Assembly (NCBI GenBank): GCA_030704615.1
Contig: CM060731.1
Location: 15,128,001 to 15,192,000, forward strand
DNA: 64,000 bases
Direction: 5' to 3'
Source: Takakia lepidozioides
Taxonomy: Eukaryota > Plantae > Bryophyta
This document shows positions 26,932-40,208 of this stretch, one piece after another. The notes under the pieces are model-generated. The model saw only the letters and a program-made list of their open reading frames with translations. It ran no database searches and was not told where the DNA came from. How positions within the stretch are numbered: the first letter of the stretch is position 1; each line of letters starts with the position of its first letter. The position numbers and the translations under genes were made by a program.

Positions 26932-29900
26932 TTTGTTACTTGATGTTTATTCTTGTAACTGAATTGTTGTTATTCATTATTATCTATTATTACGTATTTA
27001 TGATATCATTTTGTTCAACTAATTATACTATAGTAATATTATATCGTCCCTGTGAGATTGAACCTGCGACAGGCTTGGCAGGATGTTGAACGGTTCAGCA
27101 ATTGTCGACAGCTGTCTGGGGGAGGTGATGGGGATGTCACGTGGAAGAGCAGGTGGTGGCAAGCTCCCGTTGATCAAGACCAAAAGCTACATATGAAGAT
27201 GATAGAGAAGTGTACAGGGAAATTCTCTTTATGGTCTTTTCCCTAGATAAGAGAACTCGTAGACGTTGGCTGTACAAAGTGTGGCAGACAGGATGGCCAT
27301 GGTGAACAGTGTCTACGAGTAGGGAGGAGAGATGATACAGAAGCTGATGCATGGTGTGGCGGTTGGTGTATCCCAGTACCATGTGCATTTTCTAGGATTG
27401 GGTGATAGTTCCAGTTGAGTCAGGAATTATCGGGACTTGAAGGATCTGTACATAAAGTAATTGTTGGTATTTGGCCATGTTGGAATAAAAGCCAGTGGCA
27501 CAGAGTGATGACTGCAGTGGCCTATGATGTGTGATCTCGCCTAATTGCCAAGGACTTAGTTTAAATTCAAGTCTGGTCATGATGGAACCATTGGCAGGGG
27601 AGTAAGATCTGAATTTTCAGTCGACAAATAGGCAGAAGAACAGGAAGGAGAATTAGACAAGAGGAACGTAAGAAATATATTGAGAATATATTTAGAATAA
27701 TATTACAAAGTTATTATCTTTTTATTTTATCTTAATATTAATAAGACAACTAATAATATATTTACACTGCTGGATAGAATGATAATATCATGTTTGAAGT
27801 ATTTTACTACATGAATAAAGTTCAAATATTCTCAAAATATGTTGAGTTCTTTTTTGTTTTTCCTCAAATGAATGCAGACTGAGAGCAAGTTACGGCACAC
27901 GACATTGGTATTTCTCAAATGAAGAATGTAAATGTACAACAAGTTTACAACATCTCAACATTGTCATTACAACTAAGATTATGTGCCATACAAAAAAAAA
28001 AACAAAGACCAATCTTGCAACATATTTGTTTAGTGTATAACAATTCTGATGTGTGGACAGATCCCTGGACATTGCCACTACAATGCTTGTAACTTATACA
28101 AAAACAATATCGAAGACCTGTTCTGCAAGTGGGCAAGAAAACTCATGAAAAAAATCACACATGATAGAAAATACACATCACGCACAGATCTTCAGCTTTT
28201 ACAATCATGTTTTTCTATTTTCCACTATACACCGTTACTCAAATTGCATCACAATATGACTGTTGTGAGTATTGAGGTGCAGCTGAGCATCTCAGTATGT
28301 TGAGAGAGATCTATGAGGTTTGCTAGTCGTCAAATTAGGTCTAACCCGGTTTGTCCAGCTACAAGAGTCAAAAATTCGAGTTGTCTAAACTTCGAAAAAC
28401 ATTCAATTTTGTAGTTGTGGATAAAGGAACCAAAACACTAGTTCCTCAAAGATCAAGAAATTTTTGGACTTTCAATTGACTCCCACAAATTCAGGAAATA
28501 CTACAACACACTAATGGGTGTGGATGAAATACAAAAAAAAAGAAAAAAGTACAATTTCAACCCTCGCTGGAATTAACCACACTTTGCATAGACAACTAAC
28601 CACCTATATTTAATTCATACATGCATGAAGTAGCAACAATGTTATTCACCACACCAATCATCTAATAATTCTAAGGTATGATATATCAATAACAAGTCAA
28701 AGCTGAAGCAAAGTTATAAAGAACGCAAAAGTAGGTCAAAAAACTAAAAAAGAATGACGTAGACTTGCATCACACTCGCTCGAGCTGTCGTCACATGAAG
28801 ATGAGGCTCCATCATTCATAGGGACATTTTCAAACTGTGCAAAAAAATTCTTGACACCCTTCGATTTGGCTACCTACAACTCCTCGGAAGTGGACTACAA
28901 ACCAGGTTTTCTACACACAAGAAACATATCAGCCCATTGCATTACATATCAGTCATAGACTACACACTAATTTGATAAAGTAAGAATAGAGGGAACAAAA
29001 GACAAAAAGTTTGTTGCCTTGAAAAGCCGAAAAACAAAAGACAATAAGTTTGTCTTCTTACAAATTGCCGGATGAAAGTGCGCATACCACCACCACTCCC
29101 CAAGCGGTTGGTAGGGCCATTTCATTGTCTGATGATTGTTCATGGCATACATCGATTAAGACGTACCTCCTCCACAAAGTACATCCAGCTTGCACTGCTG
29201 CAGTTATATTGGGGCTTGTTTCATGTGCCCAATCATCAAAAACAATATGTTAGCCTTTTCCTACTTTGTTAATCAAACTTGCAAAATCGCATTAAATCCA
29301 TGGGAAGAGTGTTTACTATATGCCGCCACTACTTTGCGGTAGTGGCACCTCCTATGTCGCTGCATCCTCCCTATGCGACTGAGAACAGCCTCGCAAGACC
29401 AAAGTTCTGGAGAGGCCTCCTGCAACCTCTTCAAAGCATGTACCACAGCTTTGTTGCCTTTCTGGGCAACCCACCCTATATTTACATCCCGATAGTATAA
29501 TCTAGCAAGACATTTGATTCGAGAGTCAAATGTCTTATGCTCATCTCCATTGGTAAACGAAATTTATTTACATGGACGCAAGATTTTGTATTTTTATTTT
29601 ATTTTTTTCACCCCCCCACTATCTTTTATGAATTCCTTAGAGAACTGTCGACCCTCTGCTGCCTTCTAAGAACCCTCCCCTCTAACCTCATTGACCCCAA
29701 CTCCTTCCTCCTTCTCACCATATGCTCTATGATCTATCATCATATGTACGCTTCTCTAGTGCTTTGTGATGTGCAATTTTTCTTGCTGGCACTTCCCTGC
29801 ATATTGAACCAATATAACCTCTATTAATCTATAAATACCTTAGAGATGAGTTGGATGTGAGATCAACTCTGAGAGGGGAACAAGAAAGGGGACATGAGGA

Positions 29901-30952
29901 GGGTCAGCTGGAGCAGGGATGTGCTTCCTTGTCCAGCTAGGAGGTGCTGGTGACCGACATAGGCATAGCCATGTAGTAGTCCTAAATTCAATTCTACCAG
30001 TGCTTATACATTTCCTTAGCCATTGCAAATTGATATAATCTAAGCAATCACAACCTAAACAAAAATGAGTACTAACATATTCCGGAGAGGTGTATAGGGA
30101 GAGATCGTCCATAGCCCATGCACATAATGACTTTGCTGCTATTAGTATGGAAATCTGCTAACCTGGACCCAAGTAGAAACTCCCAAACTTCAGCCAATGA
30201 TTCAATGATGAGATTTTACATGTTTAGTAGCTCTAGAACCCCATTTTACAGAGAATTTTTGTTTACTTTATTTTCCTAAGATGCAAGCTCTACATAATGA
30301 CCATTAATCTAGCTAATCTATTTCTACTATATTCTAAGTACCAATTGAGTTTGTCTAATGTGAGAAAGAAAGAAGTAGTTCAATGAGCCCTCTTTCCCTC
30401 TCATCTTGCTCTTTGAGCATTTAAACGCTTAAATACAACAATAGAGCACATATTATAGACCAAGACACAGACACTCCCATTTCTTCTCCCAAAAAAACAA
30501 TACTTGAAAAAAAAAACAAGAATGAAAGTGAGGTTGTAGAATAAGTCTTGGTGTCTATGGCAGCCTCTAGCGCAATGCACTGCTCTCGCGCCTATGAAGG
30601 ATCGATATGCAATATATATCATTAGGTCTTTTTACTGCAGGAAAGTGTGCCTTTGTAGCTGCTCTTCCAATCCTGGACCATAAGATGTACTACCATGATC
30701 ATTGTGGCGCCAAAAACAACTAAACCACCCGTTGTCTCTCTCACAGTCCACCAAAACCACAGATGAAAAACCAACAAAGACCTCACAGATGAAAATTAAC
30801 AACTCCTACCAAGTATGATAACAGACATGTTTAATCAAACAGATGAAATAAAGTGTCGTGATGGAGTGTCCCAATATTATCTTGAAATCACATTTTAGTT
30901 CCCTGTAGCACGAAGAATCAAATGGTACAAATCTAAATCATGTCCTTTCTTT

Positions 30953-31128
30953 TGTCGTGCGCATACATATCGCTACACAACTACATCGCTGTCCAAAACC
31001 ACACAACACATGTGCACGTCACACACTAGTATATCACTAGTCCACCACTAGTCCAGCCACTAGGCTACAACTAGTCAGTCACTAGGCTGCCACTATGCTG
31101 CCCACTATGGCAGTCACTAGTCCACACA
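30953..31128 (-). repeat. Terminal segment A of copy 1 (PPT-proximal half of the LTR)
   Basis: Homologous to 46045-46232 and 46562-46749; preceded on the minus strand by AAGGGGGCG-AT. Confidence 0.9.
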
Positions 31129-31130
31129 AT

Positions 31131-31139
31131 CGCCCCCTT
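31131..31139 (-). promoter_or_regulatory. Polypurine tract of copy 1
   Basis: Minus-strand AAGGGGGCG, then AT, then TGTGTGG (LTR start). Confidence 0.75.
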
Positions 31140-31389
31140 AGCTGGTGCTTAGGTCCCTCTAAGTCCAGGTAGCCACAAGATGTGATAATGACCATAGCCT
31201 CACTAAGTCCTCCACCACTATCCCTACTATATTCAAACTCGATAGATCAAGAGGTCGGGTGCAAGAGTTGCCCCATCGTTAGTCGCCGTCTTGCAACCTG
31301 TGAACTTGAGCTTGGGATCTCATGTATTGACTCCTATGAGCTTGGCCTCCCATGTCTTGTTAGCTGCCTCCAGTCATGCCCACTGCCAC

Positions 31390-32560
31390 TATCCCAAGCA
31401 GTGTGGACACAACCAATCTCCGTCAGGAACCTTCTTAAGAGGTGGAGTCAAGCATCCCATATGCCAACCCCTTGAGCATCGATCACACACCAGCATGGTG
31501 GCTGCCTATTTGCCAAGTTTGGGTCAACTCTGCCATCGACATTGGGAAGGTGACATGGCGCACAATTACGCACATGGTCCTTCCAAGTCATGCCATCCTG
31601 ACCCTCCAAGATCAGGACCCCTGAGGACAACACCTCTCAAACCCTCAGAAATAACACGCCCTGCAGTAACATCCAGAGTCGTAGGAGCAGTCTGTTGCAA
31701 ATAAACATAGTCACCAAGGCTAAACCTCCGAACCCCAGGACGATATCCTCCACCACGTATAGTGGCATACCTCAACATATCACGGTGCTGTGCAATGACA
31801 AGGTTCTCAAAATTCATGGGCATGACTTTCTTGAACAACTCTGCACGCTGATCACATGCACGTACCCACACGTCCGGATCGTCAAGGTTAAGAACTTGAG
31901 CAGTGTCTCTACGAATGGCTGCAAGCAAATCCGGCTCTCGGCCAAAGAGAAGGAAATATGGTGAGAAGGAGGCAAGTGATGTTTGTTTGCTGAACCTGTA
32001 GCCCATGGCTAACCAATGAACAGCAGGATGATCCCGAGAAGTGGTGCGGTGGTCTATCAAGGCTTTATCACACAAAGCCTGAAACTCCCCCAAAAACTCT
32101 CTCCCTTGGTCCGTGAGTACCTTAGCTGGAGCACCGAATCGGCTAAGCACACGATCCAGGAATGCATACGCAACCCCCTCACTAGCCTTGTCAGGCAATG
32201 GAACCAACTCAATCCACTTGGAGAAGTGCTCCACCATCACCAACACATATCTGTGGTGACGCATCATCAGTGGCAAAGGCCCTGCGAAGTCAAGACTCCA
32301 CGTGTAGCCCAATCCCATGATGGGTAAAAGATGCAACTGTGGTGTAGGGGCGTTGAATGAAGCACGCACCCTGTCACACACCATGCACCTAGCCACGAAC
32401 TGTTGCACCTCTGTGTGCATACCACGCCACCAATACTGCCCCTGCAGTAAACTATGAGTGCGTCGCACTCCAAAATGCCCCAACTCCTCATGGGCATGCC
32501 GCACTAACCGTGCACGCTGTGTTGGGTGAGGCACGATCCTCACCCGCCATCCTCCTACAC
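31390..32560 (-). pseudogene. Integrase + PHD finger of copy 1 (deletions remove the catalytic Glu region and part of the PHD)
   Basis: HAHEELGH...CMVC zinc finger, WSLDFAGPL and VLTDQGREF are present; ~100 bp encoding DGLAERVVQTVK is missing at ~32022 relative to copy 2. Confidence 0.9.
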
Positions 32561-33439
32561 TCGCAGCAGGTGTATCCCCTCCCACTTGAACCTCTTGGCT
32601 CGTTGTAGGATTCGATCCCTCTCCTTGGCAGTCACACTAGCTGTCGTGTCTCCAGTGCGGAGGTAGTCCAACACAACCGAATCCTCATATATATCTCTGG
32701 CACCACCTGGCTCATCACTAGCCTCAGGGTCCTCAGACACTCCGTCTACAGTCATCCCTGTTGTAGGTCCAACCTGACCTCCCGATGCCAAGATACACAA
32801 AAAAACAGATGCATGTCATCCCGGCACCATCTCCGCGTCCGTCTTACCATGCCACCGAGCTCCAGTGTCATCCTGCTGGCTCGTGCATGGATTGCGACTC
32901 AATCCATCCGCATCCTTATTGACCAAACCCGGTCGATGCACAACCTGAACATGTCTCTTATGCTCCTCCACCATAGCACGAGAGGCAAAGCAATTCCTGT
33001 AAGCCTCAGGAACCGCCGTATACGTCGTTTCTCTCCTTTAGTGATAATATGTCAAATGTCAGGCTCCCAATTGCCCTTCGTAAGTGCAACCTTAAGTCCA
33101 GCAAACTTAGAGGTAGAGGACGCGTCCCGTGGTTGTTATGCCGCAACCTCTTGAGCAGTACTCCCTGCCTGCTCAGTCAATGACAAGGCCTCATCCTGCC
33201 CCATCATCACATCCTCAAGGACTTCCTCCACCCGAGAAAAATCCCCAGCCTCATCCATCACCGCTACCTTGGCTGCCAACTCCCTCTGAACCTCAAGCAC
33301 CTCCCACGTGTGCCATGGATGCCTGCACCTCGTGGTCCTCACATGCTCGCCCCCACTCACTGCCTGTACCGTCTCCGTAGGCAGAGAGACCATCGAAGGA
33401 AGTGTACTCCGCACTCTGCGTTGCTCAGCCATAGCCAAG

Positions 33440-34390
33440 CTGATAATCCAGGTCAAGCAATTGAGATCCATTGCTTGCCCCAACCCCTGACGACGTGATG
33501 CCTCAGAAAGAAACGACACCGCCGTGGTACCAGTGGTAAAACCCATCGCCTACTCACGCTCGTCAGCATTAGGCTCCACTAACTGCTGCAACAAAGCATC
33601 CCACAGGAGGCCAGGTCCACTATCCCGGAAAGCATGCGATCCTAGGAAGCTAAGCAGTGTAGGAAATGCTGCTCGTGGTTGACCCATCCTGTTGACCACT
33701 ACCAAAGGTAAACGGTCATCATGTCTCACACGCTGAGACTGCCTCCATGTGTCCAAAATGATATCCACTATGAGGTGTGCTGGCCGCTGCACCCCATCAA
33801 ATGCACGCTTGAGCAGTGCGGGTGACATCAAGTTAGTCCACCATAGCTGTGGACGATGAGCCCGTGACCTCACTGTAGCTGCATCCAGCAACACTGCTGA
33901 CCCAAGCCACGACCGGACTTGATGCACACCGGCCATCAACCTGGCCCGAGAATCGCCCATCAGTGGCACATTCTCCAAGATGTATGTTGGAGATACAGCT
34001 TGATGAAGCTGCAAGTGGCGCAAAACCCGCATCGTCTCACAAAACAGACCCGACCTCGAGTCTCGCAATCCATTGTCATGCCCGCCTGATGAATGCCCTT
34101 GGCAGGGCCAACCTGCCACTACCAGATCAATGGAGCCAACCCGCTCCAAATCATGCGCCCCCAGTAACGAAATGTCTGTTGGCAAGGCCTGCTGATATCC
34201 ACGAACTGAAGACACCGGCAACAACTCAGGGTACCGCTGCACCAACTGAGCAACATGACGAAGTGAAACGCGTGGTGCAGTCTCATCCCTCTCCACATAT
34301 AGGTAACGCCGAACTCGTAGACCTGCCTGTAATACAACAGCCAATCCGGTGTTGATCCCACCAAACAAGTCCAGAAGACAAATGTCTTCA
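33440..34390 (-). pseudogene. DNMT3-like C5 DNA cytosine methyltransferase domain of copy 1
   Basis: Motifs in linear order: LLDLFGGINTG (I), YVERD (II), DI (III), DLVVAGWPCQGHS (IV), YILENV (VI), RAHRPQLWWTNL (VIII), ERE*AMGF (IX), RRQGLGQAMD (X); one stop at 33550. Confidence 0.92.
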
Positions 34391-34749
34391 TCCGGATACT
34401 GCCACACAATAGGTGTTATGTCCAATGGAGACAACTGAGGTGGTCCTGGTGCAATCCCCACACTCTCCTCCTCTCCTGACGATACAAAAGCCTCCACCCA
34501 GGCTTGTTGCACCCATCGATGAGCATCCCGCTGCAAATCCTTGCTTGTGCCCCACAATGGAGTCTGAGCAACCATGGTAGGCAACTCCGCCATACCATAC
34601 ATGTCATCCTGCTCTCCCGGAGGTGGCACATCCTCTGAATGAGCGTTGCCCTCAAGCAACTCTCCAAGCCCACTCACTGCAGCTGTGAATGCTGCCAGTG
34701 TCGGCATCTTGCCTCGCTGGGCAACCGCAACTCCTCCTATGAACGTCAC

Positions 34750-35145
34750 AAGGAGCTGCACACGCTGGCCCTCCCCTGACTGCCATCCAGGCCTATAGGA
34801 AGCTGACTCCTCCCAAAAATCCAGGGTGAAGCCCATGGGGTACAACACTACCCCACCAACAAGAACATCGTACGAGACCGCGTCTGTCACAATGGCCTTG
34901 GCTCTCATCACTGAGCCATCTGTAGGATGATCCGGCTGTAGTCTGATAGCCAACTCATGCCGTGTCATGCCCCGAGCCTGCTCTGATCCTCCCAGAGATG
35001 TTTGTATCTGGAAAGGGCACGGCTCCATATCTGCCTCCGTGAGGCCCAAGCCTGCAATAGCAGCTTTGCCCAGTATCAATGGCTGAGCTCCCGAGTCCAA
35101 CAAGACCCGCAGTGGCCAGTACCTCTTGCCTGCCAGTCCACTCAA
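34750..35145 (-). pseudogene. Retropepsin aspartic protease of copy 1, in frame with the DNMT domain
   Basis: RVLLDSGAQ catalytic motif and YDVLVG. Confidence 0.85.
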
Positions 35146-35862
35146 ACAGAAAATGCCATCCTAGTTGTCTAACATGACAACTCCAGGTGTAACCATGGCG
35201 CGCTCAATGGCTGGCCTAGCTGGCAGCTCCATCAACCTGGCAGCTGCAGCTTGCCATGGCGCCGCCGTGGCAGTCTTGACCCTCAAATCCGAGGATCCCT
35301 CCGGCACTACACCTCCCACTATCTCCGTAGAAGATGAAGTAACCTCCCCACTCTCATAGAGTGTAGCTGCCAGCCTGAACACCTCAGCTGGTCTTACCCC
35401 CGGCGTCGCAATCATGGTAGCCAAGAACAATGGAGCCTGGTACACAGATGTGGCCGCTCCTAGCAGCACACTATCTGCCGTAGCCTTGACAACACTAGGT
35501 AGTGGTGCTACCCGTGTAGCTCTCCCCAATGGCATAGTAACCTCCGCCTCGGTAACAGTCGGGCGAGAACTAGGTGCCATGGATGGCGTCGACACTGTCT
35601 CCGCCAATATGAATGACTGAGGAAGCCTCGCCTGACAGCTTGCCTCCCCACGCTGTGGATCCAACTCCATCTATGTACCTCGTGGCTCAGGAACTCGTGC
35701 TGCTCCTCGAGTCACGGCTGCAGCAGACTCCACCTGCACTAGTGGTAGTGCTACTCCGCACATGAATCCCATGTCTCCCATATCTCCTCCCTCAGGAGCA
35801 GGAGGTGGACCATCCGGCCTTGGAGCCGGTACCACCTGAGCTGTAGCCATGGCAGCGAGCCT

Positions 35863-37293
35863 CTACTCTAGCTGCTGAAGCCGGTTGGCCATGCCTTGGT
35901 CAACACCCCGACCTCCACGTCCTTGGCCATGTTGAGCTTGCTCTTTGCCTGCACCTTGTGCCTGGCCACCTCGTCCTCTCTGGGCGGCTCCACCTCGCCC
36001 CCGGCCACCATTGTTCCCTTGGAACTGGCCTGGGTGCACCTCAGGATGTAAACCATAACACTGGGCCTCTCCATGCCCGTGCTTGCCACAATGCCCACAC
36101 TGAAATTGTGCAGGCTGTGCATGTGCCGGCCCTTTGCCTCCCTCTGGGCAATCCTTCTTGACATGGGATCCTCCACATGTCCAGCACACCACATCCGCCC
36201 GTTGTTGGCCAGCAAATGAAGGGAGAGACCCCTGCATCTGAGGTCCTCTGTGCCCTTCCCTGAGCTTCACTTGAGTCCCCTTGTTGCCTTGAGCACGTTG
36301 AGGTAGTGATTGGCTAGGAGCACCACTACCCCGTGGTGTCTCCTTAGCAAATCTCACCATGACCACTCGTTCCTCCACCATGTTGAGCTCTATCCGCTCT
36401 GCCAACAAAAACACATTTGCTAAGGTGGGTTGGGCCGCTTGTAGGAGAGTTGCATCCCCCACCCTTCTCCTCAGCTCCTTGTCCAATATCCCATACCAGA
36501 ATTGGACTGCTTGAGCTTCCGTAACCCCTTGGGTTACATTTATGAAGCGCCCATGCAAGTGAAGCCTCCCTCCAGCTCTCGTCGGCCTCCGTTGGAACTC
36601 TTGCAAGCTCCGCAACTTCTCTGTCCTCACCCCTTGGTAGTTCCCTCTCAACTCTTCGAAGAACTCCACAACAGGGTTGAAGGCAGACACGGGTACTAGT
36701 GCTGGTGCGGTACTGGCTTGGGTGGATGTCGTAGCTACTGTACCACCAATCCCACTAGTCCCTCTACTGCTTGCTGAAGCTGCCGGTGCAGCGGCAGGTG
36801 TAGCCACTGCCCTCGTGGCTCTAGTGCCCCTAGTGATGGAGACATAGTCGGGTGACCAGTACATCCTGCACTCCTCGATCTCAACCTCATGCCCCCGCCT
36901 GAACTCATGGTAATCATCCATAGGCGGCCCCTCAAGGTGCTGAAACAGCCCCTTCATGCCATGAAATGCGTAAATAGTTGTGGATTGCCGCATTTGCAAA
37001 TCACACCAACTATCAAACTCTTGGATAAAATCATCCAACTCGATGGTGCCTACCGCCCCAGAGTACCTTCGTGGCCCCTTGGTAGCTCCATACATCTCCT
37101 CCATTGTCTCCCACAACAATGACAAGGAAATAACTTGCACCGCCGGTATGAGTCCTCCTGATTCACAATCCGAATCAGAATCTTCCGTAGAAGACACCTG
37201 AGGTGAAGGTGGCCTAAACCGCACACCTCGTCTCGTGTACCCACTAGTATCGCTAGTGCTCGAACCGACACTTTCCCTAGCAACTAGTGGCAC
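35863..37293 (-). pseudogene. gag of copy 1 with two zinc knuckles
   Basis: Capsid-like region (LDDFIQEFDSWCD...QAVQFWYGILDKELR), CWTCGGSHVKKDC, CGHCGKHGHGEAQC and an RGG-rich tail. Confidence 0.85.
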
Positions 37294-38039
37294 CTCCGTG
37301 TTGACAAACTGTCATTCAACCGGTCATGAACATGTCCCTAATCCCCTCTCCACAAGGTAACCGGGTAGAGAACCTATTGCGGCTTATGGTTTGGAATACT
37401 AAGTTCCTAACATAGCCTACACCTGTACCTGTATCCACTGCAAGCACTCATATGGTTGGCTGGTCATCACCTCCAACCTCACCACAGGAGAAACAATGAT
37501 GATCTGGATGGTCATCACCCCAGCCTCACCATCGACAGCATGCTCTAGGACTGGCCGGTGATCAAATCCGGACCAATCACCTATAAAACAAGCGCCCACA
37601 CAAAACTAGCATGGCGCACAGTCAAGCATGCAGGTATGGAGGGGATCCAAACACAAGAAATCAGAACGACAACTCCCCCACACCAAAAACAACTCCACGG
37701 TGTTGCTCCTGCAAGGACACCCCAGCCCAAACCCGGACTGACTCTTGCCTCCACCTACGAAAGGTCTGGCCTAATGAGAGGGTGGAAACTACGAGGAAGA
37801 GAAACTAAAGCAATGCCTAACCCCAGCATGCCCTATCCCAACACTCTTCCTCTCCTCTCTTCCCTCACTTGCATGACCATGGGAATATCATGAAGATACT
37901 CCTCAAACCGCCCTCCACGAGCTCAAAATTCAGCCTTCAAGACCACATGCCAGTCCTTAGGCAGTCCACCAATGCCTCCACGAGTCAGCACAGGCCGTCC
38001 ACAGGTCAACACGGGCCACCATAGACCAGCACGGCCCAC

Positions 38040-38680
38040 ACAGATCACTGGTCACCATCCATCCACAGCCCATCACACCCCCAAAGGCCACATGTCACTA
38101 CCTGTCACTACCCCACGGCCACAAGGTCACAGCCTGTCACAGCCCATCACCAACCCCAAAAAAGCATAGGCACAGCTTGTCACAGCCCTACAAAGGTCAC
38201 AGGGTCACAGCCCCAAAGGCCACAGCCCCTCACTGCCCCTCACTGCCCCACAGGCCACAGGGCACAGCCTGTCCCAAGCCCGCCATAGCCTATCACAGCC
38301 CTCACACAGCCCGTCACAGCCCCACAGGCACATGGACAGCCTGTCACAGCCCTACACAATTCATAGGGGTCACAGCCCCAAAGGCCACAGCCCCTCACAG
38401 CCCGTCACAGCCCTCCCACAGGCCACTGGGCACAGCTTGTACAGCCCGCACAGCTCACAGCCCATCACAACCCCCAGGCCACAGGGCACAGCCCACCACA
38501 GCCTATCACAGGCCACAGGGCACAACAGGTCACAGCCTGTCACAGCCCCTCACAGCCCCTCATAGCCCCACAGGACACTGGGCAAGCCTGTTCACAACCC
38601 CTCAACAACCCGTCACAGCCCACAGGTCACATGGCACAGCCTGTCACAGCCCTCACAACCCATCATAAGCCCCATCCATG
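38040..38680. repeat. CACAG/CTGTCACAGCCC tandem array in the 5' leader of copy 1
   Basis: Dozens of degenerate (t)cacagccc / ggcacagcctgtcacag units. Confidence 0.9.
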
Positions 38681-40208
38681 GCCTCTCATGGCAGTTTAGC
38701 CATTTCTCCAAGGGGTTTAGCCACGCCAAGCTAGGGTTTGTGTCTCTTGGACACTAGGGTTCTTTGCACCGAGCTATGGCGACTGTGAAGAAATCAGCAA
38801 GGTATTCTTGCTCTTTCGACTCCCACACACCACCAATAGTAGCCCTAAGCCATGAGGAAGATGGTTGCCACAAACCAAGCCTTATTTCTCACTTAGACTC
38901 CCAAACACGCCACTAAACTCAATGGCAAACAACCAGCCTTACTGGTTTCCAGCCCTTGTGAGCACTCATTCAAGCGTTTCCTTGGCATAGCATCTGTTTT
39001 AGAGCCTATTCCAGCCCCCTACATCTGCCACTTCAAGAGCCATGCTCTATCTAGGCTTGAGGTTGAAACCCAACTAAGAACACGCTCTACAAGTGTCGGA
39101 CTGTCACATAAGAGCAGATCAGCCCCCTAACCTTCTCTTCTAGTTCTCTAAAGCTTGAAAACAAAGCCCAATGGACTGAAGGATGCTCCACACATGCCCA
39201 CTCTTGCCACAAGAGAATAGCCCCATTTGCTTCTTTTCTTGCACCCACCAACCTGAAAATACAAGCTTCAGTAGGCTGGTGAAGCATGCTCCACACTGCC
39301 CTACAGGGAAACCAGCCCCTTCCTTCCTTTCTTGCACTCCCAAACTTGAAAGTACAAGCCTTCAACAGGCCGAAGCATGCTCCACACATGCATTGCCCTC
39401 ACATAAGGGAAGTCAGCCCTTCCCTCTTCCTTGCTTGCCCTCCAAGCTTGAAGATGGAAGCTTCAATGAACTGAATACATGCTCCACATATGCAACCTCT
39501 TCACACAAGAGGTATAAGCCCCTCGCCCCTATCTTGGCTCCTTGGCTCATTGATACTCTCTAAGACAAGACTAAGCACTCACAGCCTTTGCCAAGCTCCT
39601 GAAACCCTAAGGCTTACATTTCCGCCACAAGACACTCCTCTTGTGGTGCAAGAGCTCTTCTTCCAAGCTCTGAAACCCTAGGTGCACATTCCATTGTCTT
39701 GCCGCACCTCTTAGCTCCTGTTTCCAGCCTGCTCTTGCCACGACAAGAGCCCTCTCAATGCTGAAGCTCGAGATTGAAACCCAATCTCAAATACTCCACA
39801 AAGTGCACTGATTTGCCCCAAGCCAAATCAGCCCTTTTGCTTGGTCTTGCAATCCTTCACACAATGAAAGCTCGCATCTCCAAGGCTAGTTCTCAGATTT
39901 GCCACCAAAGCCACTATAACCTGCTCTTGACTGGTCCTCTTCCCAATCGTGCTTGCTCATGTATGTACACAATCTGAAACCATCAAGGTGCTCTGGAATT
40001 ACCTGCAGCATGGTGCTTTCATCTCTGAAGCTGAAGATCGAATGCCAAGGTCTACCACCTCGAACCCACATCGCCTCCACTTCTAACAACCAAGAGCTCC
40101 ACGGTGCTCCTTGCATAACAACCTGGTTTCTCTCATTCTCAGCAAAAACCACAAGTGCTACAACTAACTCGTATCTGGCACTCACAGATACGAGCTCATC
40201 TTCTCGAG

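Noticed and set aside
33440-34390. Bacterial restriction-modification MTase, contamination, or host DRM/CMT gene
   Set aside because: It is embedded in frame in a retrotransposon pol in two copies, intronless, with DNMT3-like motifs in linear order and plant genes nearby.
38177-38668. ORFs rich in H/S/P/Q/T (also 53749-54306, 58324-59107, 25121-25762)
   Set aside because: They are translations of tandem repeats lacking stop codons, with no evidence of coding.
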